DNA from: Candidatus Omnitrophota bacterium
GTDB taxonomy: Bacteria > Omnitrophota > Gorgyraeia > Gygaellales > Profunditerraquicolaceae
Assembly: GCA_043812955.1 (NCBI GenBank)
Contig: JBDRLN010000040.1
Location: forward strand, 685-64,684
Direction: 5' to 3'
DNA length: 64,000 bases
Shown: positions 17,981 to 26,307 of the stretch, piece by piece
Position numbering within the stretch: the first letter of the stretch is position 1
Layout: every line of letters begins with the position of its first letter
The notes under the pieces: generated by a model
What the model was told of the DNA's origin: nothing
Databases searched by the model: none
Seen by the model: only the letters and a program-made list of their open reading frames with translations
Program-made: the position numbers and the translations under genes

Positions 17981-18442
17981 ATGAATATCAAAGAAATTAA
18001 AGAGATGATTAATCTCATGAATGAAAATGAATTAGTGGAATTGGAAGTAGAGAAAGATGGTATGCGTATAAGATTAAAGAAGACCATGACTGACTCTGCG
18101 GGTTTTAACGGTCCGGTGGTTATAGACAGGCAAAAGATGCCTGAAAGTACGCATCCCAGAGAAGTCAATGCCCAGGCAATAACTGAGAAGCCTCAAGTAA
18201 GGACGGTAGAGGTAAAGGCCCCGATGGTCGGGACATTTTATCGCGCGCCTTCTCCGGAAGCCCCTCCCTATATTGAAGTAGGCCAGGTTCTCGAATCCGG
18301 CCAGGTAGTCTGTATTATCGAGGCCATGAAATTGATGAATGAGATTAAATCTGAAATCCGAGGTAAGGTTGTGGAGATCTTAGTTGATAATGCCGAGCCG
18401 GTAGAGTTTGGCCAGCCGATGTTTATCATAGAACCTTTCTAA
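17981..18442 (+). CDS. accB: Biotin carboxyl carrier protein
   Basis: [18 protein letters not shown]. Confidence 0.96.
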   Translation: MNIKEIKEMINLMNENELVELEVEKDGMRIRLKKTMTDSAGFNGPVVIDRQKMPESTHPREVNAQAITEKPQVRTVEVKAPMVGTFYRAPSPEAPPYIEVGQVLESGQVVCIIEAMKLMNEIKSEIRGKVVEILVDNAEPVEFGQPMFIIEPF

Positions 18443-18447
18443 AAAAT

Positions 18448-19809
18448 ATGTTTTCCAAAATACTAATAGCTAACCGCGGCGAAATAGCCTTAAGGATAAT
18501 CCGGGCTTGTAAAGAATTAGGCATCCGTACGGTAGCGGTATATTCGGAGGCCGACAGAAATTCATTACATGTGCGTTTTGCCGATGAGGCTATTTGTATC
18601 GGCCAGCCAGCCAGCAATAAAAGTTATCTTAATATTCCCTCTATTATCAGCGCGGCTGAAATTACCGACGTTGAGGCGATCCATCCCGGTTATGGTTTTT
18701 TAGCTGAAAACCCCCATTTTGCCGAAATATGCGAGTCTTGTAATATAAAATTCATCGGCCCGACAGCGGAGAATATCCGTCTTATGGGCGATAAGATGAA
18801 TGCCCGTAATACTATGCAAAGAGCGGGCTTGCCGATTATCCCGGGGAGCATCGGAATTATTAAGAATAAGGATGAGGCGGTCAAGGTCGCTAAAAAAATC
18901 GGTTATCCGGTGATAATAAAAGCCTCCGCAGGCGGCGGCGGCAAGGGGATGCGCATCTGCCATAATGATATAACTTTGGCCTCCAGTTTTATGACCGCCC
19001 AATCAGAGGCCGAGGCGAATTTTGGCAACCCGGCTGTATACATCGAAAAATACCTGGAAAAACCCCGGCATATTGAAATCCAGATTTTAGCTGATAATCA
19101 CGGGCATGTTTTGCATTTAGGGGAAAGAGATTGCAGTATTCAAAGAAGGCATCAAAAATTATTGGAAGAATCTCCGTCCTCGGCAGTGGATTCCAAATTA
19201 CGTAAACGTTTAGGAGAGTTAGCGGTCAAGGCGGCTAAAGTTGTAAATTACACTAATCTGGGGACGATGGAATTTCTCCTGGATAAACATAATAATTTTT
19301 ATTTTATGGAGATGAATACCCGGATCCAAGTCGAGCATCCGGTAACCGAATTAGTAACCGGCCTTGACTTAATCAAAGAACAGATATTCGTAGCTTCCGG
19401 GGGAAAGCTTAAAATCCGGCAGGATGACATCAAGTTCAAGGGGGCGGCTATAGAATGCCGGATCAATGCTGAGGATTATGAGAATAATTTTATGCCTTCA
19501 CCCGGCAAAATTGAAATGCTAAATTTGCCCGGAGGCCCGGGGGTGCGGGTGGATACCCATATTTATCCCGGTTACGAGATACCTCCTTATTATGATTCTT
19601 TAGTGGCAAAATTGATAGTCCATGGCAATAACCGGGAAGAGGCGATCAGGATAATGCGCCGGGCTTTAAATGAGTTTATTATTAGTCCGGTAAAGTCAAC
19701 CGTAAATTTTCATATCCGTCTTCTGGATAATCCCCTGTTTCTTAAGGGCGACATTTCTACTCATTTTGTTCAGGAGATGTTCTCTGATGTTTTGGATAAA
19801 ACAGAATAG
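18448..19809 (+). CDS. accC: Biotin carboxylase
   Basis: [37 protein letters not shown]. Confidence 0.97.
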   Translation: MFSKILIANRGEIALRIIRACKELGIRTVAVYSEADRNSLHVRFADEAICIGQPASNKSYLNIPSIISAAEITDVEAIHPGYGFLAENPHFAEICESCNIKFIGPTAENIRLMGDKMNARNTMQRAGLPIIPGSIGIIKNKDEAVKVAKKIGYPVIIKASAGGGGKGMRICHNDITLASSFMTAQSEAEANFGNPAVYIEKYLEKPRHIEIQILADNHGHVLHLGERDCSIQRRHQKLLEESPSSAVDSKLRKRLGELAVKAAKVVNYTNLGTMEFLLDKHNNFYFMEMNTRIQVEHPVTELVTGLDLIKEQIFVASGGKLKIRQDDIKFKGAAIECRINAEDYENNFMPSPGKIEMLNLPGGPGVRVDTHIYPGYEIPPYYDSLVAKLIVHGNNREEAIRIMRRALNEFIISPVKSTVNFHIRLLDNPLFLKGDISTHFVQEMFSDVLDKTE

Positions 19810-19819
19810 GAATTAAATT

Positions 19820-20176
19820 ATGTTAGATAAGCAGGATTCGCGGACTGATCTGGGAATAATCAAAATACATAAAAATGCCATTGCCTCTATTACCTCAATC
19901 GCCGCCGCTGAGATAGAGGGGGTGAGTTCTTTGGGAGATAGTTTTAAATTAAGTTGGAACCTTTTTTTAGGTCAAAAAGAAAGCCGTTCGATCAGAGTCG
20001 AGATCGATAAAAACCAAGAATTAAGGATCACTGTTCCCTTGATTGTAAAATACGGGTATAATATACCGGATATCGCGTCCAGGGTTCAAGAGAATGTGCG
20101 GCAAGCCTTGGAAAAGAGCACTAATTTATCCTTGAAAGATATAAATATCGTGGTCAAGGGAGTCAAGAAAGATTAA
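19820..20176 (+). CDS. Asp23/Gls24 family protein
   Basis: LGIIKI..IASI..AAAEIEGV, KYGYNIP..VQE.V; usual position after accC. Confidence 0.85.
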   Translation: MLDKQDSRTDLGIIKIHKNAIASITSIAAAEIEGVSSLGDSFKLSWNLFLGQKESRSIRVEIDKNQELRITVPLIVKYGYNIPDIASRVQENVRQALEKSTNLSLKDINIVVKGVKKD

Positions 20177-20190
20177 CCCGAGGAGGCGTT

Positions 20191-20799
20191 ATGAGAATAT
20201 TAACGGTTATATTTTATACGGTTATACTTATTTTTATCGGTATCAGCATGGTATTATTTTCTCTGGCGCTTACTTTTAATTTTCTTGATATCGAAGGCGT
20301 CAGTAAGATTATTAGCTATATACATTCTGACATGAATATCCGGCTTATTCTCGGCGGATCTGGATTGGCCCTGATATTAATCAGTATTTCTTTTGCCCAG
20401 GTTATCCTGGGTCGTTTCCAGCGGGAAAAAACCATTGCTTTCTCTACTGCCAGCGGCGAGGTAACTATAGCCCTTTCAGCAATAGAAGACCTGCTCAAAC
20501 ATTTTATTTATATTATGCCCGAAATTAAGGAATTGAAACCGGATGTTATTGCCGGAAAAAAAGGGATTCTGGTAAACTTGAGGATAGTTTTAAAATCCGA
20601 GGCTAATCTGCCGGACCTAACTGCCCGTTTGCAGGAGATGACTAAGTCTAAGATCCAGGAAGTTTTGGGGGTTGAGGAGGAAATAATCACCAGGATACAT
20701 ATAGCAAAAATTATCTCGCATGATGATAAAGATAAAAAAAGAAGAGAACCTGAAAAAGAAGAAACTGCTATTCCCTTTGGGGGGTATGGCAGGGCCTAA
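20191..20799 (+). CDS. amaP: Alkaline shock membrane anchor protein
   Basis: Two N-terminal TM helices, GEVTIALSAIED, adjacent to Asp23. Confidence 0.7.
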   Translation: MRILTVIFYTVILIFIGISMVLFSLALTFNFLDIEGVSKIISYIHSDMNIRLILGGSGLALILISISFAQVILGRFQREKTIAFSTASGEVTIALSAIEDLLKHFIYIMPEIKELKPDVIAGKKGILVNLRIVLKSEANLPDLTARLQEMTKSKIQEVLGVEEEIITRIHIAKIISHDDKDKKRREPEKEETAIPFGGYGRA

Positions 20800-20816
20800 A
20801 AAGAGGAGAGTCGAGC

Positions 20817-21842
20817 ATGAAGATCGGTATTCTGACAGGCGGCGGGGATTGTCCGGGTTTAAATCCGGTGATCCGGGCAGTTGTGCGCAAGGCTAATTAC
20901 GAAGGCTATGAAATAGTAGGCATAAAGAATGGCTGGAAAGGGTTGATTGAAAACGATACCCTAAAATTAGACCTAAACGCGGTTTCCGGAATCTTACCTA
21001 AGGGCGGCACTATATTAGGAACCAGCCGGACTAACCCGTATAAAAAAGAAGGCGCTGTTGAAAAAGTAAAACAGAATTATATAAAGATGGGGTTAGATGC
21101 CTTAATTGCTGTAGGCGGCGAGGATACCCTGGGAGTAGCCTCAAAATTGGTCAAAGACGGTTTGGCGGTAGTGGGAGTGCCTAAGACAATCGATAATGAC
21201 CTTTCCTGTACTGACTATACTTTTGGTTTTGATACAGCCATTAATACCGCGATGGAATGTATTGACCGGTTGCATACTACTGCTGAAAGCCATCATCGGA
21301 TAATTGTTGCCGAGGTAATGGGCAGGCATGCGGGCTGGATTGCTATAGAAGCCGGCCTGGCTGGAGGAGCGGATGTAATCCTTATTCCGGAAATACCTAT
21401 AGATATGGAAGAGGTTTGTTCTATAATCAAGAAAAGGCATCTTCGAGGAAAGACATTTAGTATTGTGGTAGTCGCTGAGGGGGCCCAGTTTAAAGATAAG
21501 GATTTAATTACTCAGGAAGAAAAACTGGATGAATTTGGCCACATCAGATTGGGCGGTATCGGCGAGCTCTTGGGCAGAGAGATAGAAAAAAGAACCGGTT
21601 TTGAAACCCGGGTAAGCGTGCTCGGACATATTCAAAGAGGCGGAACTCCTACGGCTTTTGACCGGATTTTAGGCACCCGGTTTGGGGTAAAGGCCGTAGA
21701 GTTAGTTAAAAACAAAAAATTCGGCAGGATGGTTGCCTTAATGGGGAATAAGATAGTCGATGTTCCTCTGGAAGAGGCAGTTAAGGCCTTAAAGACCGTG
21801 GACGATGAGCTATATGATATAGCTAAAGTATTTTTCGGGTGA
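20817..21842 (+). CDS. pfkA: 6-phosphofructokinase (PPi-type signature)
   Basis: TGGGDCPGLN, GGEDT, PKTIDND, EVMGRHAGW, LGHIQRGG. Confidence 0.93.
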   Translation: MKIGILTGGGDCPGLNPVIRAVVRKANYEGYEIVGIKNGWKGLIENDTLKLDLNAVSGILPKGGTILGTSRTNPYKKEGAVEKVKQNYIKMGLDALIAVGGEDTLGVASKLVKDGLAVVGVPKTIDNDLSCTDYTFGFDTAINTAMECIDRLHTTAESHHRIIVAEVMGRHAGWIAIEAGLAGGADVILIPEIPIDMEEVCSIIKKRHLRGKTFSIVVVAEGAQFKDKDLITQEEKLDEFGHIRLGGIGELLGREIEKRTGFETRVSVLGHIQRGGTPTAFDRILGTRFGVKAVELVKNKKFGRMVALMGNKIVDVPLEEAVKALKTVDDELYDIAKVFFG

Positions 21843-21845
21843 AAT

Positions 21846-22412
21846 ATGAGAGAGAGAATAAAAGAGATATTATTAGAGAGTATTCAGATTAAGGAAGATA
21901 CCCTGCATCAGCGTATCGATCAGATTATTGAAATAACTAACCTGGTTATTGATTGCCTGAAAAAAAACGGCAAGGTGATCTTTTTCGGTAATGGCGGCTC
22001 GGCCAGTGATAGCCAGCATTTAGCCGCTGAATTAGTAGGCCGGTTTAAAAAGGAGAGACTGGCCTTGCCGGCGATCTCCCTGACTACTAATACGTCGATC
22101 TTAACCGCTCTGGCCAATGATTATGGGTATGAGATAGTTTTTTCCCGGCAGATCGAGGCCTTAGCAAACAAGAATGATTTAGCCGTTGGCATATCAACCA
22201 GCGGAAAGGCTAAAAATGTGGCCATGGCTATAAAGCAGGCCAAGAAGATGGGGCTTAAGACAGTCGCTTTTACCGGCGGAGATGGCGGAGAATTAGTAAA
22301 GTTGGCTGATGTGGCTTTAGTAGTAAATTCCGTAGTAACCGCCCGGATTCAGGAGGCCCATATCACTGTCGGGCATATTATATGCGAATTAGTGGAAGAG
22401 ACGCTGGGTTAA
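21846..22412 (+). CDS. gmhA: Sedoheptulose-7-phosphate isomerase
   Basis: GNGGSASDSQH, ANDYG, ISTSG, ARIQEAH. Confidence 0.95.
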   Translation: MRERIKEILLESIQIKEDTLHQRIDQIIEITNLVIDCLKKNGKVIFFGNGGSASDSQHLAAELVGRFKKERLALPAISLTTNTSILTALANDYGYEIVFSRQIEALANKNDLAVGISTSGKAKNVAMAIKQAKKMGLKTVAFTGGDGGELVKLADVALVVNSVVTARIQEAHITVGHIICELVEETLG

Positions 22413-22885
22413 ATAGAAAGATAAAGCCTTTAGTTGAATTAAAGCGGATAATACTCTCGCTTAAGGCCCGAGGTAAAACAATAGTATTTACCAATGGCTG
22501 TTTTGATTTATTGCATTATGGCCATGTTAAGTATTTAGAAGATGCTAGGCAGAAAGGCGACTGTTTGATAGTAGCCCTGAACAGCGATTCTTCGCTAAGA
22601 CGGATAAAGGGGAAGAAAAGGCCTATTGTTAAAGAGCTTGACCGAGCCAGGGTCCTGGCCGGATTAGAGAGTGTTGATTATGTGGTTATTTTTAGCCAGG
22701 ATACTCCTCTTAAAGCTATAAAATATCTCAAGCCTGATATCTTAGTTAAGGGGGCGGATTGGGGCCTTAAAGATATAGTGGGAAGAGAGGTAGTTTTTAA
22801 ATACGGAGGCAGGACCGCGGTAATAAAATTCTTAAAAGGCTATTCTACCACCAATCTTATAGATAAAATTGCCAAGAAATTCTAA
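22382..22885 (+). CDS. rfaE2: Heptose-1-phosphate adenylyltransferase (start uncertain)
   Basis: FTNGCFDLLHYGH, LNSDSS, PDILVKGAD, STT. Confidence 0.9.
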   Translation: MRISGRDAGLNRKIKPLVELKRIILSLKARGKTIVFTNGCFDLLHYGHVKYLEDARQKGDCLIVALNSDSSLRRIKGKKRPIVKELDRARVLAGLESVDYVVIFSQDTPLKAIKYLKPDILVKGADWGLKDIVGREVVFKYGGRTAVIKFLKGYSTTNLIDKIAKKF

Positions 22886-23312
22886 AAGCAAAGGAATAGA
22901 TAGGATTATTGACGCCAACTTAAACCGGATTAAGGAAGGCTTACGGGTCCTGGAGGAGATATCCCGTTTTGTCCTGGTAAACCGCTACCTTACCTCGGAA
23001 TTAAAAAAGTTCAGGCATCGGTTGGATTCAATAATCAAAATTCTTCCCCAAAGGGGAGTTCTGTTGAAAGACAGAAACAGCCTTAAGGATATCGGCAAAA
23101 CCATTTATATGAATGAGCTGCGCCGGAACGATTGCCGGGATATTTTTTCTGCCAATATACAGAGGGTCAAAGAATCTTTAAGGGTATTAGAGGAATTTTC
23201 TAAATTAAAAGATACTCGCGCGGCAATAAGATTTAAAGAGGCCAGGTACTACATCTATGAATTGGAAAAAAAGATCGATCAAAGACTGTCGTCTTTACGC
23301 TATCTTAGATAA
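22869..23312 (+). CDS. ThiD2-like helical protein associated with ThiE
   Basis: RIIDANLNRIKEGLRVLEE and repeated ANIQRVKESLRVLEE. Confidence 0.8.
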   Translation: MPRNSKSKGIDRIIDANLNRIKEGLRVLEEISRFVLVNRYLTSELKKFRHRLDSIIKILPQRGVLLKDRNSLKDIGKTIYMNELRRNDCRDIFSANIQRVKESLRVLEEFSKLKDTRAAIRFKEARYYIYELEKKIDQRLSSLRYLR

Positions 23313-23895
23313 AGATGTTTTACTAAAAAGTTCCTTGTTTGATGTCGTACGGATGCTCATCCGCAGCGGTGTTGATATCGTTCAATACCGGGATAAGACG
23401 TCAGATAAAAAAACCATCCTCAAAGATTGCCTGTTATTAAAAAGACTATTCTTTAAAACTAAAACCATATTCATTATCAACGATCATGTTGATATTGCCT
23501 CCTTTGTAAATAGCGATGGAGCTCATCTGGGGCAGGCAGACCTTCCGATTAAAGCTGCCCGTAAATTATTAGGCAGCCGTAAGATTATCGGTATATCCTG
23601 CGAGAATTTAAAACAGGGCTTAATTGCCCAGGAAAGCGGAGCTGATTATTTAGGGTTGGGTCCGGTATTTGCCACCCCTATAAAGCAGGACAGTCTTCCG
23701 GTAGGACTAAATTTAATCAAAGAGTTTAACGCGAAGATCCGTATACCTTATTTTGTAATCGGGGGTATTAATTGTCATAATTTAGGCCAAATAAAAGCAG
23801 CCGGAGCTGATCGGGTGGCGATCTGCCGCGATTTATGTTTAGCTAAGAATATACTCAAGCAAGCCCGGAAGATCCGCGAAATTTTAAATAATTGA
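23257..23895 (+). CDS. thiE: Thiamine-phosphate synthase
   Basis: QYRDK, INDHVD, HLGQAD, GPVFAT, IGGI. Confidence 0.92.
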   Translation: MNWKKRSIKDCRLYAILDKDVLLKSSLFDVVRMLIRSGVDIVQYRDKTSDKKTILKDCLLLKRLFFKTKTIFIINDHVDIASFVNSDGAHLGQADLPIKAARKLLGSRKIIGISCENLKQGLIAQESGADYLGLGPVFATPIKQDSLPVGLNLIKEFNAKIRIPYFVIGGINCHNLGQIKAAGADRVAICRDLCLAKNILKQARKIREILNN

Positions 23896-23900
23896 TTATA

Positions 23901-25184
23901 ATGACCCAATTAGAATACGCCAGGAATAATATTCTTACCCCAATAATGAAGAAGATCGCTTCATTAGAAGGAATGCCTGCAAAAATATTTTTAGATCGCT
24001 TAAGCCTGGGTAAGATCGTCATCCCCTTAAATAAAAATCATAAGTTAAAAAACCCCTGCGCAGTTGGTTTAGGCCTAAAAACTAAAATCAACGCTAATAT
24101 CGGCACTTCTCCGGATAAGGATAAAACCGGCGATGAATTGGAAAAATTAGCTGTAGCTATTAAATACGGCGCGGATACGGTTATGGATCTGAGCGTAGGT
24201 GGTGATATCGTCGATGTCCGGCATAAGATATTAAAGGCTTCAACCGTTCCGGTTGGCACCGTGCCAATTTACGAAATAGCGCTGGAAGCTCAAAAGAAGA
24301 AGAGAGATCTGCTTAAATTCGATATTTTTGGTATTTTAGATTGTTTAGAGAAGCAGGCGAGCGAGGGGGTTGATTTTTTTACTATTCATTGCGGAGTTAC
24401 CCGAAAGAGCCTGGAGGCCCTAAAAGGAAGTAGAAGGCTGATGGGGATTGTCTCCAGGGGCGGGGCGATAATTTCCGCTTGGATAAAGAAGAATAAAAAA
24501 GAAAACCCTTTTTATGAATATTTTGATAAGATCCTGGATATCGCTTATCGTTACGATGTAACCTTAAGCCTGGGCGATGGGTTGCGCCCGGGTTCAATAT
24601 TCGATGCTACTGATAATGCCCAGATCGCCGAGTTGAAGATTTTAGGGGAACTTTGTCTTAGGGCCAGAAAGAGGAATGTCCAGGTGATGGTCGAAGGCCC
24701 GGGGCATGTCCCTTTAAATCAGATCAAAGAAAATATTCTTCTGGAAAAAAAAATTTGCCGAGGCGCGCCCTTTTATGTGCTTGGCCCTTTAGTTACTGAT
24801 GTTGCTTGCGGATACGACCACATTACGTCTTCTATCGGAGGGGCCCTGGCAGCTAGTTATGGGGCGGACTTTTTATGTTATGTGACCCCTGCGGAGCATT
24901 TGCGCCTTCCTACGGTTGAAGATGTTCGGGAAGGGGTGATAGCCTCGCGGATTGCCGGACATGCGGCGGATATTGTCAAAGGTTTGCCTTCGGCTTTAGC
25001 CTGGGATAAAAAAATGTCCTTGGCCCGTAAAAAACGTAATTGGAAAGAGCAGATCAGGTTATCTATTGATCCGGATAAGGCTATGGCTTATCGTTCGTCT
25101 TCCCGTCCGGACTTATCTGATGTTTGCACTATGTGCGGAGAATACTGTTCAATCAAAATAAGTGAGAAGTGTTTTAAAAGATAA
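23901..25184 (+). CDS. thiC: Phosphomethylpyrimidine synthase
   Basis: TKINANIGTS, MDLS, SRGG, EGPGH, YVTPAEH, CTMCGEYC. Confidence 0.96.
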   Translation: MTQLEYARNNILTPIMKKIASLEGMPAKIFLDRLSLGKIVIPLNKNHKLKNPCAVGLGLKTKINANIGTSPDKDKTGDELEKLAVAIKYGADTVMDLSVGGDIVDVRHKILKASTVPVGTVPIYEIALEAQKKKRDLLKFDIFGILDCLEKQASEGVDFFTIHCGVTRKSLEALKGSRRLMGIVSRGGAIISAWIKKNKKENPFYEYFDKILDIAYRYDVTLSLGDGLRPGSIFDATDNAQIAELKILGELCLRARKRNVQVMVEGPGHVPLNQIKENILLEKKICRGAPFYVLGPLVTDVACGYDHITSSIGGALAASYGADFLCYVTPAEHLRLPTVEDVREGVIASRIAGHAADIVKGLPSALAWDKKMSLARKKRNWKEQIRLSIDPDKAMAYRSSSRPDLSDVCTMCGEYCSIKISEKCFKR

Positions 25185-25189
25185 ATATT

Positions 25190-25350
25190 GCGGGTGTAGT
25201 TTCCCGCCGGGCTATAGAATTGTGGGCGGGATCCCGACTGTTCAAAGTCAAGGTCGGGACATCGGTAGAGCACCAGCTTCCTCCCGGCGCAGACATGAAT
25301 TGGGGTCGGGATCACGACTATCCAGAAATAAGTGTCGTGTCAAGCTGTAT
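25190..25350 (+). pseudogene. tRNA-Gly 5'-half copy 1 with two twin-hairpin inserts
   Basis: GCGGGTGTAGTT|58 nt|CATCGGTAGAGCACCAGCTTCC|59 nt|CAAGCTG; no T arm. Confidence 0.8.
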
Positions 25351-25358
25351 GATAATTT

Positions 25359-25461
25359 GCGGGTGTAGTTCATCGGTAGAACACCAGCTTCCTCCCGACG
25401 CAGACATGAATTGGGGTCGGGATCACGCCTAGGCTCAGGTGGGTGGCGTGTCAAGCTGGTG
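25359..25461 (+). pseudogene. tRNA-Gly 5'-half copy 2 with one twin-hairpin insert in the anticodon
   Basis: GCGGGTGTAGTTCATCGGTAGAACACCAGCTTCC|59 nt|CAAGCTGG; no T arm. Confidence 0.8.
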
Positions 25462-25471
25462 AATACGATCT

Positions 25472-25542
25472 GCGGGTGTAGTTCAATGGTAGAATGGCAG
25501 CTTCCCAAGCTGTATATGGCGGTTCGATTCCGCTCACCCGCT
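25472..25542 (+). tRNA. tRNA-Gly(CCC), CCA not encoded
   Basis: GCGGGTG/CACCCGC acceptor stem, anticodon loop TTCCCAA, GGTTCGATTCC T loop. Confidence 0.93.
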
Positions 25543-25551
25543 AAGAAATAC

Positions 25552-25595
25552 AGTAGGTAGCCTGCCTGCCGGTAGGCAGGTAGGTAGTAGATAGG
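25552..25595. repeat. AGTAG(G/A)T heptamer tract interrupted by palindrome CCTGCCTGCCGGTAGGCAGG
   Basis: Removing 25561-25580 restores AGTAGGT AGTAGGT AGTAGAT. Confidence 0.75.
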
Positions 25596-25605
25596 AAAGA
25601 AAAAG

Positions 25606-26307
25606 ATGCATAAAATAAGGGAATATGTATTAAGAAACAGAAAAAGAATAGCCTACATACTATATGCTACATGCTATATACTGTTCTTCGCAGGCTGTGC
25701 CAGTGTGCCGATGGTTGTGCCTACCCAGCAGATCCCGTTTAAGCCCGGTGGAGTTTATCACCGGGTAGAAAAAGGAGAAACCCTCTGGGCCATCTCCAAG
25801 AAATATTCACTAGGTGTTGATGATTTAGCCAGGGCAAACCATATCTTTGATGCTACCCGCGTGGAAATCGGGCAGTTACTATTTATACCCGAAAACAAGA
25901 GGTTTTTGCCGGTAAGGGTTTCCGCAAACGATGATTTTATCTGGCCTTTAGAAGGAAAAGTCATATCTGGTTTTGGCCAGAGTTTTAATAATATGGTCAA
26001 TAAGGGGTTGAATATTCAGCCTTTTAGCTCTAGGAATGTCCTGGCCTCGCGCAGCGGCAAGGTAGTTTTTTATAGCCATAATTTTCTTTCTTTTGGCAAG
26101 ACCTTGATTATCGATCACCAGGATGGTTTTCTGACGGTTTACGCCGGGGCCTCTGAGATCCTGGTAAAGACCGGAGATAATGTTTTAAAAGGAAATCTTA
26201 TTGCCCGGACTGACGCGGTTAATAACACAGCCGGGGATAAATCGTATTTACATTTTGAGATCAGGAAGGGCCATTTAGCTCAAAATCCTTATTTTTATCT
26301 GCCATGA
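25606..26307 (+). CDS. LysM/M23 lipoprotein (NlpD-like)
   Basis: FAGC lipobox, HRVEKGETLWAIS LysM, FIWPLEG, LHFEIR; lacks HxxxD so likely a non-catalytic activator. Confidence 0.85.
   Translation: MHKIREYVLRNRKRIAYILYATCYILFFAGCASVPMVVPTQQIPFKPGGVYHRVEKGETLWAISKKYSLGVDDLARANHIFDATRVEIGQLLFIPENKRFLPVRVSANDDFIWPLEGKVISGFGQSFNNMVNKGLNIQPFSSRNVLASRSGKVVFYSHNFLSFGKTLIIDHQDGFLTVYAGASEILVKTGDNVLKGNLIARTDAVNNTAGDKSYLHFEIRKGHLAQNPYFYLP

Noticed and set aside
22800-23900. TPP riboswitch for thi genes
   Set aside because: The genes overlap with no leader space, and I found no CTGAGA/TPP core
25282-25451. tRNA introns in the anticodon loop
   Set aside because: Far too short for group I/II introns, and the host copies lack the T arm and 3' acceptor strand, so splicing would not give a tRNA
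25190-25471. CRISPR array
   Set aside because: The repeats are tRNA-derived, only two or three units, irregular, and no cas genes are in the window
25088-25508. ORFs 25088-25315, 25162-25368, 25220-25432 and 25248-25508
   Set aside because: Translations of the tRNA-derived repeats, with no protein features
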